From: an uncultured virus (IMG/VR IMGVR_UViG_3300033406_000004)
Lineage: Duplodnaviria > Heunggongvirae > Uroviricota > Caudoviricetes
Strand: one strand, 5' to 3'
DNA length: 64,000 nucleotides
Virus record (IMG/VR): IMGVR_UViG_3300033406_000004
The position numbers and the translations under genes were made by a program. Positions 1-8,652 of the stretch are shown here, one piece after another. Under the pieces are notes generated by a model that saw only the letters and a program-made list of their open reading frames with translations, was not told where the DNA came from and ran no database searches. How positions within the stretch are numbered: position 1 is the stretch's first letter; each line of letters begins with the position of its first letter.

Positions 1-78
1 TTTGCCGTTTTTTTTTGAAAGATTACAACTTTTTCTAGGAAAGAAAAGAGCCGTAAATCGTTGATTTACAGCCCGTTA
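1..78. repeat. Imperfect direct repeat of 61585-61661 (attP-arm-like sequence with IHF-like box)
   Basis: tttgccgtttttttt...aaagagccgtaaatcgttgatttacagc.cgtta occurs at both ends; the minus strand reads AATCAACGATTTA, fitting WATCAANNNNTTR. Confidence 0.75.
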
Positions 79-84
79 ACTGAG

Positions 85-127
85 GTGATCCCGGCGCGAT
101 TCGAACGCGCGACCCACGCCTTAGAAG
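85..127 (-). repeat. Left att site: displaced 3' half of tRNA-Arg; 17-bp core GACCCACGCCTTAGAAG at 111-127
   Basis: gtgatcccggcgcgattcgaacgcgcgacccacgccttagaag matches 61667-61709; identity ends in the anticodon loop. Confidence 0.93.
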
Positions 128-194
128 AATATCACGGAAATAATATCCAATAGCGTGTAAATCAATTTGATAACTTTGCAAGTATTTAATCCTC

Positions 195-214
195 CGACAA
201 GCGTTTTGACAAGC
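195..214 (+). promoter_or_regulatory. Putative integrase arm-type sites (CGACAAGC / TGACAAGC)
   Basis: Two copies 12 bp apart here; tandem CAGCGACAAGCA x2 at 61539-61562 near the other att site. Confidence 0.6.
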
Positions 215-318
215 AAAAGCCTCTTTTTGAACTCGCCTTGTTAATTAAAATTTATTAGTTGATACCATGTAATACAATTCAATAAAAGGATTAAAGATGT
301 GTGAATATAAAGGATCCA

Positions 319-1026
319 TTATCTATAAACATCATCTTTACCTCTCACATCCTCATGTTTAAACTCCCAATTAAAAGCAAACAATTCATTGTTTATTGGA
401 ACAATGAAAGTTAGCTTATCGCATTCGCGATATTTAATATTTATATAGCCCATTAATTCGTTATTCCTAAATAAAGTGTGTCTTTTAAGATATCCATCCT
501 TTATTACTTCCAAATCATTCAAATGCTCTGCTTCAACTTGCCTAGCACCATTCATCATATTTTGGATTTTGCCTGATCCGTTATCATAGATTGATATGTT
601 AGAAACTTGTCCTCCTGAAACAACTTTCATGCTGCCTATCTGTTCCACGTTATTGGCAAAAGCTTGAAATCCAACGGCTAATCCCATCAGTGCCTCTTGC
701 CATTCCTGTTTACTCCTAACCTTTTCACTATATTCTTCGAAAGTTAAGACCTTTCCATCTCTTTCTTTTTCCCTATATTCATATGTGGCTATAAGATTAG
801 TTGGGATGAAATCAAATCGTGGAATATCCTTATTTAAGATTGAAAGATGTATAGCATAATAATCACCATAATAACTAACCGGTTGCATGTATGCAGAAAT
901 AAAATAATGCTCAGTATTATAGAATTTGATTAACTGTCCATCATAATAATAACTATCTATTGTATTTTGAGATTGTAAGTTTGATACAGTCAGAAGTACA
1001 CTTATAAAAAATAAAAACCGCTTCAT
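319..1026 (-). CDS. Secreted/periplasmic hypothetical protein (possible lysogenic-conversion or superinfection-exclusion gene)
   Basis: N-terminal signal peptide MKRFLFFISVLLTVSNLQS; downstream of and co-oriented with the repressor. Confidence 0.7.
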   Translation of the reverse strand: MKRFLFFISVLLTVSNLQSQNTIDSYYYDGQLIKFYNTEHYFISAYMQPVSYYGDYYAIHLSILNKDIPRFDFIPTNLIATYEYREKERDGKVLTFEEYSEKVRSKQEWQEALMGLAVGFQAFANNVEQIGSMKVVSGGQVSNISIYDNGSGKIQNMMNGARQVEAEHLNDLEVIKDGYLKRHTLFRNNELMGYINIKYRECDKLTFIVPINNELFAFNWEFKHEDVRGKDDVYR

Positions 1027-1132
1027 TGCACTTATGCTTTAAAAAAAAAGAATAATAAACGATATAAATAGGTGGACCTAAAAAGATAGAATCTTTTTCA
1101 TTCTATTATTTTTTTGGTATTAAAATCAATTA

Positions 1133-1477
1133 TTACGCACTTTCGTGGCCTTTCCTCTCTCGGAAGCCCAATTGCTCACGAAGCACTCTATTTTCTCCCT
1201 TAAGCATAGCCAGTTCTTCCTTCAAGTCTTCAAGAGTTTGATCCTTTTCAGATTCCAATATTTCCATATCCCCAATGCCACGTAATAGCCATTCAGATGA
1301 AACAGACGGGAATGCTTTCAAGATATTATCAATAAGGTCAAATGAAATAGATCTCTTGCCTAAAAGCTGGTTATTTACGGTTGTTTGCTCCATACCAATA
1401 GTAAAAGCAAAATCCCTTTTTGATTTTGATTTTACTTGAATAAGATACATAACCCTTTCTAATACAGCACTTTCCAT
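1133..1477 (-). CDS. CI-like XRE helix-turn-helix repressor
   Basis: HTH FAFTIGMEQTTVNNQL and the ...FPSVSSEWLLRGIGDM signature; divergent from a Cro-like gene. Confidence 0.85.
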   Translation of the reverse strand: MESAVLERVMYLIQVKSKSKRDFAFTIGMEQTTVNNQLLGKRSISFDLIDNILKAFPSVSSEWLLRGIGDMEILESEKDQTLEDLKEELAMLKGENRVLREQLGFRERKGHESA

Positions 1478-1504
1478 TATTTTATTATTTATACTAATTA
1501 TAAA

Positions 1505-1569
1505 TAGGACAATTGACCAAACTTTAATCTGGTTTTATTTTGATTATAGGTCGTTTGACCTTATATTTG
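1505..1569 (+). promoter_or_regulatory. Rightward early promoter with two putative operators
   Basis: Bacteroides sigma-70 pattern TTTG(1539-1542)-N19-TATATTTG(1562-1569); dyads GGACAATTGACC (1507-1518) and GGTCGTTTGACC (1549-1560). Confidence 0.65.
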
Positions 1570-1662
1570 CATTCGTAATCAATCCAACAACTAATAAACA
1601 TACAATTCAACGATTGATATACGAACTGCAAATTTAATAAACAATTTTAAAATAAGAGAAAG

Positions 1663-1851
1663 ATGAAGAAGATTATTGTAGAAAGAGGCATGACAACAAT
1701 ATTGGCAAAGTTATTCGAATGCTCTGATCAAACTATAAGAATGGCCCTTAGAGGCATTACCGAAACAGAACTCTCTCAGCGTATAAGAAAAGAAGCTCTC
1801 AAACAAGGTGGATTTTATAAACCAAATCTTAAGAAAGCCGGATATGTATAA
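1663..1851 (+). CDS. Cro-like small HTH protein
   Basis: LAKLFECSDQTIRMAL HTH; first gene of the early operon. Confidence 0.7.
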   Translation: MKKIIVERGMTTILAKLFECSDQTIRMALRGITETELSQRIRKEALKQGGFYKPNLKKAGYV

Positions 1852-1938
1852 TCCACCAGAGACTCTCATTGAGGAACTTCATGAAAGGATTTAATATTCT
1901 AAGAAAACTATTATTCATCATCAGAAAAGTTTGTCGGT

Positions 1939-2157
1939 ATGAAAAAAGGATATAAACAATTGGCTGTATTCATTCTTGGCTTTATTGCTCTACTCTTCAT
2001 CCTAGGATTAGCAGGCAGAGCCGACTATACAGAGCAAATCATATATACAATGCCAACTACGGCCTATGATTCAATAAAAGCAGGACTCGGAGATAATTCA
2101 ACGGATTACGAGATAGCTAAAGAATACATCAAATGCTCCAGCAATCACAACAGATAA
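1939..2157 (+). CDS. Small membrane-anchored phage protein
   Basis: N-terminal hydrophobic segment LAVFILGFIALLFILGLAG. Confidence 0.6.
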   Translation: MKKGYKQLAVFILGFIALLFILGLAGRADYTEQIIYTMPTTAYDSIKAGLGDNSTDYEIAKEYIKCSSNHNR

Positions 2158-2387
2158 AAGATATCCTCATGCACATGGAGGACATATACACTGTACTCCG
2201 CAAAAACGCCATCACATTCTCAAAGACAGAAGCGATGAAGATAGTCGGAGGCAGAGGAAGATTAGAACGTCTCGTCATCACTGGAAAGATACGTACTGCC
2301 AAATACGAAACTTACCAAAAAGGAAGATGGGAATGCAATGCAGAAGATGTGTTGAGATACGCATCGGATAAGAGCGAGCGAACGTAG
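2133..2387 (+). CDS. Excisionase-like winged-HTH protein
   Basis: FSKTEAMKIVGGRGRLERLV...GKIR...RW pattern; early operon position. Confidence 0.55.
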   Translation: MLQQSQQIKDILMHMEDIYTVLRKNAITFSKTEAMKIVGGRGRLERLVITGKIRTAKYETYQKGRWECNAEDVLRYASDKSERT

Positions 2388-2706
2388 CGAATATTTCACC
2401 CGCTCACTATCGGGCAACCGGGAGCCCTCACCATTTTCGGTCAACGTATCCAACGACGTTAAAGTGGCGCATACCCTCATTATAGAGAAAGCGATGAATG
2501 TACCTGTAAAGAGCCGTAGAACGATTTATCTTCCAAAGCAGCAGGGGGAAATAATAAAATGAACATACTCCATTATGGAGTTACTATAATCCCGGTGTAC
2601 TTTGATCGGTTATCCGGGAACAATGAAGCTCGTGAGAGTGATTAGTCATGTTTATTTAGATTTAAAAGTTAGTAAAGTCCTGTGCCAAGCGTGGTACAGG
2701 CAACAC

Positions 2707-2836
2707 GGGAATGTAGCTCAGTGGATAGAGCGCCGTGTGTGGTGGAAGGTTGGGAGTTCAAGTCTCTCGAGATACTTTTAGCTTAACGGGAGAGCACCAC
2801 AAGCGGAAGTCGGCAGTTCGAATCTGTCCGTTTCCA
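2707..2836 (+). ncRNA. tRNA-like RNA with a second, circularly permuted tRNA elbow in place of the anticodon loop
   Basis: Outer acceptor GGGAATG/CGTTTCC, D arm GCTC-AGTGGATA-GAGC, T arm GGCAG-TTCGAAT-CTGTC; inner T arm GGGAG-TTCAAGT-CTCTC and D arm GCTT-AACGGGA-GAGC. Confidence 0.8.
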
Positions 2837-2975
2837 CAAACCTTTAGAGAGTGCGATAAGCAATAGCAGAAAAACTTTCATAGTTCACGAGGTACCATTA
2901 AAATGGTTGACACGACGAAAAGACGCCGAAGGATTATAAAAGTGCTGTTACGAATCGCACAGTGTGAATCGTTGT

Positions 2976-3007
2976 TTGCTCCGGGGAATACGCCTCGGAG
3001 CTTTTTT
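2976..3007 (+). terminator. Putative intrinsic terminator
   Basis: GCTCCGGGG-aatacg-CCTCGGAGC hairpin followed by a T-run. Confidence 0.55.
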
Positions 3008-3028
3008 GTAAATTATAAAAAACTAATT

Positions 3029-3250
3029 ATGGAAAATGCCGTACCAGATGATTTGTATGCAGAACTAGAAAAAGTTTCTTCGATGACAGAAGCGGAGGTT
3101 ACGAAAGCGTATAATTCCGATTCTAAAGCGGAGATATTAGCTCTTATCAATGCGGATATTGAATCTCTTAACGGAGAACAAAACGAGGATTACGATGTCG
3201 GAATGGACTACGATGAACTGTGCAGGGTTCAAGGATTAAGCAGATATTAA
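3029..3250 (+). CDS. Acidic hypothetical phage protein
   Basis: Start re-assigned to ATG 3029 (MENAVPDD) after an AT-rich leader; the upstream ORF extension crosses a terminator. Confidence 0.65.
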   Translation: MENAVPDDLYAELEKVSSMTEAEVTKAYNSDSKAEILALINADIESLNGEQNEDYDVGMDYDELCRVQGLSRY

Positions 3251-3266
3251 ATTTAATTTTATAGAT

Positions 3267-4220
3267 ATGGGAAATTTTGCAATTACATTGGAAAAGATCA
3301 ATGCTATAGCCCCCACGGAAATAGCTAATGATGAGAACGTGAAACAGAAGTTCATTGAGATATATGAAACAATCTGGGGAGAAGGAAAGGGCGAATCCGC
3401 CTATGCAAAGGAAAAATATTATTTCAATCGTATCGTAAGTGACAGTGCCGAGATTAAAAACAAGTGTACCCGCTTCTCTATCTTTAATGCTTTTCTGGAC
3501 ATTGCCGTGTGCGGATTGAGCCTTGAACCGGGTAATAAGCCCCTACTCTACTTACGCCCGAGGAACTACAAAATTGGCGTGAACCAACAGAACAAACCCG
3601 TTTATGAGGGAAGATGTATCTTAGAGATAAGCGGGTATGGCGAATTGGCTTTAAGGGCACGTGTGGGCCAGATACGTTACGCAGACAATCCGGTTATCAT
3701 GTACGAGGGAGACACGTTCTCTGCCAAAGTCGTTTCCGGACAAAAAGTGGTAGACTATGAATGCTGCATACCACGGAAGAGTAACAAAATCATCGGAGCT
3801 TTCATTAAAATAGTCCGCTCGGACGGTTCCATTGATTATTCATGGATGCTTGAAGACGAAATAGAACGACTAAAAGGGTATTCAGCTAAGGCAAACAAGA
3901 AATGGGATGATAATCGAAGAATATACGTCGAAGCTGCCAACTCGTTATACTCCTCACAGAACGGAGGGATAGATTCAGGATTTCTCGGGGCGAAAATGAT
4001 AAAACATGCTTTTTCTGCTTATCCCAAAATCAGGATTGGGCGCGGGACCATGCTCGCCACCGAACAAGAAGAAGATATAGACTACGGAATAGCAAACGAT
4101 GTTTCGGAAAAGAATCCGGAAGAACAGAGCGAAAGGAATGCACCATTCGGTGATGAAGTCAATAATATCGGCGGCGGAATTAAAGTAGAAGTAAACGAAC
4201 AAGAAAACGGAGCATTTTAA
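3267..4220 (+). CDS. recT: RecT-family single-strand annealing recombinase
   Basis: GLSLEP..LYL.P, ISGYGEL.L..R.G, V.YEGD.F and M.K-type motifs; followed by a nuclease gene. Confidence 0.85.
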   Translation: MGNFAITLEKINAIAPTEIANDENVKQKFIEIYETIWGEGKGESAYAKEKYYFNRIVSDSAEIKNKCTRFSIFNAFLDIAVCGLSLEPGNKPLLYLRPRNYKIGVNQQNKPVYEGRCILEISGYGELALRARVGQIRYADNPVIMYEGDTFSAKVVSGQKVVDYECCIPRKSNKIIGAFIKIVRSDGSIDYSWMLEDEIERLKGYSAKANKKWDDNRRIYVEAANSLYSSQNGGIDSGFLGAKMIKHAFSAYPKIRIGRGTMLATEQEEDIDYGIANDVSEKNPEEQSERNAPFGDEVNNIGGGIKVEVNEQENGAF

Positions 4221-4222
4221 TT

Positions 4223-5410
4223 ATGAGCACAGAATTAATAAAATCAGAAAACATACAGAGTATTGCGGAGCTCGCTCCCAACGCCCTGTTATCAAACCAG
4301 ACAAGCGTACAGAAGTGTAATTCATTCGGTACAACGCTTTTGGCTAAAGCGGAGAATATGAATGATGAGGTAGATACAGAAATTTCTAATTACCTTCATC
4401 GGGTTGGCGAGACACTGAAAGTCATGAATGAGCGCAGAAGTCCGGTAACCAAGCTCTTTGATCAGGTAAGGTCCTGTTTTACCTCTCTTGAAAAAGAGAT
4501 AGATATTAAAAGTCCGGGGACAGTGGCATATCAGTTACAATTAAAAAGAAACGAATATGCAAGGATGAAACTTCAAAAGCAGGAGGAAGAAAGGAAAAGG
4601 CAAGAAAGGGTACTTAAAGTCAATCAGGCTAAAGCCGATTACAAAGCGGCAATTGAGGTTGAGTTCTCGGAATACTTAAACAGGTATATAACACATTCAA
4701 TTAACGAACTCAATCGCTTAAACACATCTGTTACCTTAGAAAACTTTGAAGACGTATCAGCGCAAATTAAAAACTTTCCTACCCAATGTTCTCCGGAACT
4801 CTTTTCTAAATACGTATCAAATGAGATGCTTCCGATTCTTCTTGACCTGAATACAGTAAAGAGCATTCAGAAAGAGATAATTGAAAGCAAAAGAAAAGCA
4901 TTTGAAGAGCAGTTCTCGTTTGAGATGGAAGGCAATATCAGCAACATTGTACGATTGTTACCATCAAAGCAAATGGAGCTTAGAGAGATCGACGAGCAGA
5001 GAAAGGTCAATGCCGCAGCCGCAGCGGAAAGAGAGAAGGAACTAAAGTTGAAAGAAAAGGAAGAGAGGGTACGGCAGGAAGAAATACGCAGAAAAGAACA
5101 GGAAAGGCAAAAGCAGGAAATAGAAGTAAAGAAACAACAGGAGAGCATGAATACTCTCTTTGATACCACGGCAGCCAATATTTCGGCCCCTGTCAAAGCA
5201 AGTGTCAAGAAGAAGATCGAAGTTCTTCATCCGGCCGGATTCCTGAATATTTTCAATATGTGGTGGATTAATGAGGGACAAACTCTCCCGATTGATGAAC
5301 TTGAGAAGAAGTTCAAAAGCCAGATAACCTTTTGCGAGAAGATGGCCAACAAGGGTGAAGAAATCAGCTCGGAGTATATCCGCTATGTAGATGATGTAAA
5401 AGCAAAATAG
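4223..5410 (+). CDS. Coiled-coil protein of the recombination module
   Basis: 395-aa ORF with long E/K/Q/R-rich heptads, between RecT and the nuclease. Confidence 0.75.
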   Translation: MSTELIKSENIQSIAELAPNALLSNQTSVQKCNSFGTTLLAKAENMNDEVDTEISNYLHRVGETLKVMNERRSPVTKLFDQVRSCFTSLEKEIDIKSPGTVAYQLQLKRNEYARMKLQKQEEERKRQERVLKVNQAKADYKAAIEVEFSEYLNRYITHSINELNRLNTSVTLENFEDVSAQIKNFPTQCSPELFSKYVSNEMLPILLDLNTVKSIQKEIIESKRKAFEEQFSFEMEGNISNIVRLLPSKQMELREIDEQRKVNAAAAAEREKELKLKEKEERVRQEEIRRKEQERQKQEIEVKKQQESMNTLFDTTAANISAPVKASVKKKIEVLHPAGFLNIFNMWWINEGQTLPIDELEKKFKSQITFCEKMANKGEEISSEYIRYVDDVKAK

Positions 5411-5411
5411 A

Positions 5412-6062
5412 ATGAATCCTGATAGTTACTATGACAGAAGTGAAGTTTCCAATTCAGACCTCACCGAATTAAAAAACACTCTTTACCCCCGTATCCAATA
5501 TGGGGATAAAGAGAGAGCTTTCAAATTCGGAACTCTTGTAGATGCTATCATCACAGAACCGGAGCGGGTGAATTTCTTCCAACTGACAGTCGATAATATC
5601 CGGTATGACAAAGCGGATTTTGAACTGGCGAGAGAAATGTATGATTCTTTAATATCAGAATCAAAGAGAGATCGTTTTTTAGCGACTGTATTAGAGAACT
5701 CCGATACGCAACGCTTTATGGTTAACAAAGGGCAGATATTCTCTTACGCTGATTTTCAATTTACGTTGGATACTCGCTGTAAATGGGACTGGTGGCTACC
5801 CGCCTTTGGCTTTGGAGGAGACCTTAAAACGACTTTTGCCGAATCTCAAAAGCAATTTGATGAAGCGGTGGATTTCTTTGATTGGGACAGATCACGTGCC
5901 TGGTATATGGATATTGCAGGAAGCGACAGAGACTTCATATATGCCATCAGCAAGAAGAACTGCAGGATATTCAAGAAGTTCATAAACAGGGACAGTGAAA
6001 TATATAAACGTGGTAAAGAGAAGTATGAAGACTTAGCTTTCCGATATTGGATGATAGCATGA
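5412..6062 (+). CDS. PD-(D/E)XK exonuclease (RecE/exonuclease VIII-like)
   Basis: SNSDL, FGTLVDAIITEP, RCKWDW...DLKTT motifs. Confidence 0.75.
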   Translation: MNPDSYYDRSEVSNSDLTELKNTLYPRIQYGDKERAFKFGTLVDAIITEPERVNFFQLTVDNIRYDKADFELAREMYDSLISESKRDRFLATVLENSDTQRFMVNKGQIFSYADFQFTLDTRCKWDWWLPAFGFGGDLKTTFAESQKQFDEAVDFFDWDRSRAWYMDIAGSDRDFIYAISKKNCRIFKKFINRDSEIYKRGKEKYEDLAFRYWMIA

Positions 6063-6493
6063 AAATATATTGTAGAGTTACAGAGGGCGGCCTTATCCCG
6101 CTGTATGACAGTGATATGGATGAGAAGCAAAAGCTTAAAACAGGAAGCGATGTGGTAGCCGATATTAAAGATGCAAGGAACTACGAATTTCATAAACGCT
6201 TCTTCGCACTCATCGGTCTGACTTTTGACAATCTGAATGAAAACCTTCAAAAAGAGTTGGGCATCTATACGAAAGATGATCTTCTCATCAGATTAAAGAT
6301 TGATTTGAAACTTTATGAGGTTGTCAGATATGAAAATCTTGGCTGTATTGCTCTTCATTCCATCTCCTTTGATAAAATGGATCAACACGAGTTTGAAGAG
6401 TTCTACAAGAGAGCCGCAAATCAAATTATTAATGTGTATCTGAAAGGGGTTATGTATCCCCAATTGGAGGAAGAATTATATCGATTCTTATGA
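6059..6493 (+). CDS. DUF1367/NinB-like protein
   Basis: RNYEFHKRFFAL and SISFDKMDQ.EF..FY motifs; start taken at MKIYC. Confidence 0.75.
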   Translation: MKIYCRVTEGGLIPLYDSDMDEKQKLKTGSDVVADIKDARNYEFHKRFFALIGLTFDNLNENLQKELGIYTKDDLLIRLKIDLKLYEVVRYENLGCIALHSISFDKMDQHEFEEFYKRAANQIINVYLKGVMYPQLEEELYRFL

Positions 6494-7908
6494 GAGATAT
6501 GCCGGAATTAAGTATAAAACACAATCTGAAAATTGTGCCTTATCACTACCAACAACAAGGTATTGCCAAAGGACTTGAGTTGAAGAGATTCATAAACGGG
6601 GATGAGCCCGGCTTAGGGAAAACATTTCAGGCGGCGGCGACAGTGGATATCGCAAACGCATTCCCGTGTCTGGTCATTTGTCCGTCTTCCCTAAAAATCA
6701 ATTGGCAAAGGGAATTTGATAAATTTACCCACCGTAAGGCGCTGGTTCTTAATGATTCCGTGAAAACAACATGGAACTACCTGTTAGAGATGAAAACCTA
6801 CGACATTGCGATTGTCAATTATGAATCTCTTAAGAAGTTCTTTGTCTGGGACGTGCCAAAAAAGAACTGGCGTTTGAAAGATGTGGTATTCTCTCCATAC
6901 ATCAGGATGTTTAAGTCGGTTATAATTGACGAGTCCCACAGGGTTAAAGATACCGGTGCCCAACAAACCAAATTCACCAAAGGAATATGCATCGGAAAGG
7001 AGTATATAATTCTCCTGTCAGGAACTCCGGTTGTCAATCGGCCCGGCGATTTAATATCTCAATTGGCGATAATGGATCGGTTGAAAGAGTTTGGAGGCGT
7101 GGGAGGCTTTTATTTAAACTATTGCTCAGGAGATAAAGAAGCGTCCAACTTGCAGGAACTTCAAGAATCACTCTATGATAAATGCTTTTTCAGAAGAGAG
7201 AAGAAAGAGGTTCTCACGGAACTTCCTGAAAAAACAAGATGTGATATCTACACGGACATTACTAATCGTGACGAATACGACGTAGCTTATCAGGATCTTG
7301 AAAAGTATCTTCGGGAATACAAACAAGCTACGGAATGGGAGATAAAGAGAAAGTTGAAGAACGAGGCTTTAGTCAAGTTTATGGCTTTGCGTGGTATTTG
7401 TGCCAAAGGCAAGATCAAATATGTGATAGATTATGTGAGAGACTTCACTTCAACAGGAAAGAAGCTTATTCTTTTCTGTTCCCTCCATGATATTGTGGAT
7501 GACTTAAAAAAAGCGTTTCCAAAAGCTTTGTCCGTAACAGGAAGAGACAGTCCGACCATGAAACAATATGCCGTGGATGCTTTTCAGAATGACGATAGCC
7601 GTAAGTTAATTATCTGCTCGATCAAAGCCGCCGGAGTCGGGCTCACGCTTACGGCTGCCAGCGACGTCGCATTTATCGAGTTCCCATGGACTTATGCCGA
7701 TTGTTGCCAATGTGAAGACCGGGCGCATAGAATCGGTGCCAAATACCCCGTGACATGCCGATATTTTCTCGGACAGGGCACGGTTGACGGCAGGATATAT
7801 AATATGATACAATCCAAAAGGAATATCGCTAATACGATTGTAGGAGCAAACGATGATATTCCCGAAGATACCCAATACTTCAACGAACTCATAAATTCGA
7901 TCACATGA
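6490..7908 (+). CDS. SNF2-family DEAH helicase
   Basis: DEPGLGKT Walker A, IIDESH, LSGTP, AAGVGLTL, QCEDRAHRIG. Confidence 0.92.
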   Translation: MRDMPELSIKHNLKIVPYHYQQQGIAKGLELKRFINGDEPGLGKTFQAAATVDIANAFPCLVICPSSLKINWQREFDKFTHRKALVLNDSVKTTWNYLLEMKTYDIAIVNYESLKKFFVWDVPKKNWRLKDVVFSPYIRMFKSVIIDESHRVKDTGAQQTKFTKGICIGKEYIILLSGTPVVNRPGDLISQLAIMDRLKEFGGVGGFYLNYCSGDKEASNLQELQESLYDKCFFRREKKEVLTELPEKTRCDIYTDITNRDEYDVAYQDLEKYLREYKQATEWEIKRKLKNEALVKFMALRGICAKGKIKYVIDYVRDFTSTGKKLILFCSLHDIVDDLKKAFPKALSVTGRDSPTMKQYAVDAFQNDDSRKLIICSIKAAGVGLTLTAASDVAFIEFPWTYADCCQCEDRAHRIGAKYPVTCRYFLGQGTVDGRIYNMIQSKRNIANTIVGANDDIPEDTQYFNELINSIT

Positions 7909-8105
7909 AGACAGTAACGTTACGGGCTTCAAGCGTACGAAGTATACTTCAGGCCATTGATACCCACATTGATAAACTCACTTCCGAGGGCGTAAACTAT
8001 AACAAGTTGCGCCCTTTTATTTTAGCCGGAAAAGAAATTAAAAGAAATGCTAATAGACCAAACAAATCTAAAGGAACTTCAGGAAAGAGCAGACGAGCTC
8101 TATGA
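7905..8105 (+). CDS. Hypothetical protein
   Basis: ATGA overlap with the helicase stop codon. Confidence 0.5.
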   Translation: MKTVTLRASSVRSILQAIDTHIDKLTSEGVNYNKLRPFILAGKEIKRNANRPNKSKGTSGKSRRAL

Positions 8106-8217
8106 CTTCCTTATAACAAACTTCTTCGACACTGATATAAAAACATTCGAAGACCATGCACGAGAATATGCCGCATTGACGGTCAGAATTTATATTTATA
8201 AACTTAAAAACTTATAG
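8047..8217 (+). CDS. Small hypothetical protein (56 aa, MLIDQTNLKELQERADEL...)
   Basis: Read from the sequence; ends 3 nt before the next ATG. Confidence 0.5.
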   Translation: MLIDQTNLKELQERADELYDFLITNFFDTDIKTFEDHAREYAALTVRIYIYKLKNL

Positions 8218-8220
8218 CTT

Positions 8221-8652
8221 ATGGACAAATTTTTAGCTCAGGAAGTACCTGAGGATGATCGGTTTAATTTCCTAAAGGATAATGCCGATGCTATTGAGGA
8301 GATTGGATATACTCACCGATTCACTCCTGACGAGCTTGCTCAGAAAAAAGAATCTCTCGCTGAAACTTCTATTTCAATCAATGACATTGAGATAGAAAAG
8401 AAAGACGTGATGGAAGGATATAAGGAGCAGCTTAAACCTCTGAATGTGATAAAGCAGACACTTCTTGAAAATATCAAGAAAGGTTCTGAATATGTGGAAG
8501 ATCAGGAATGCGCCAAAATCCTTTATCATGAAGAAAAAATGGTAGGGTACTATAATAAGCTTGGTGAGCTTGTTTATTCGCGCCCGATTATGCCACAGGA
8601 AATGCAAAAAACAATTTTTAATATTAACCATAAAACAGGAACAGAATCATGA
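8221..8652 (+). CDS. Phage hypothetical protein
   Basis: 143-aa ORF, translationally coupled to the next gene. Confidence 0.75.
   Translation: MDKFLAQEVPEDDRFNFLKDNADAIEEIGYTHRFTPDELAQKKESLAETSISINDIEIEKKDVMEGYKEQLKPLNVIKQTLLENIKKGSEYVEDQECAKILYHEEKMVGYYNKLGELVYSRPIMPQEMQKTIFNINHKTGTES

Noticed and set aside
2707..2836. Ordinary tRNA with a self-splicing intron
   Set aside because: The insert is only ~55-60 nt, has no group I/II core, and removing it leaves no 7-nt anticodon loop
2903..3028. N-terminal extension of the 115-aa ORF
   Set aside because: Runs through a terminator-like hairpin; a better start with AT-rich leader is at 3029
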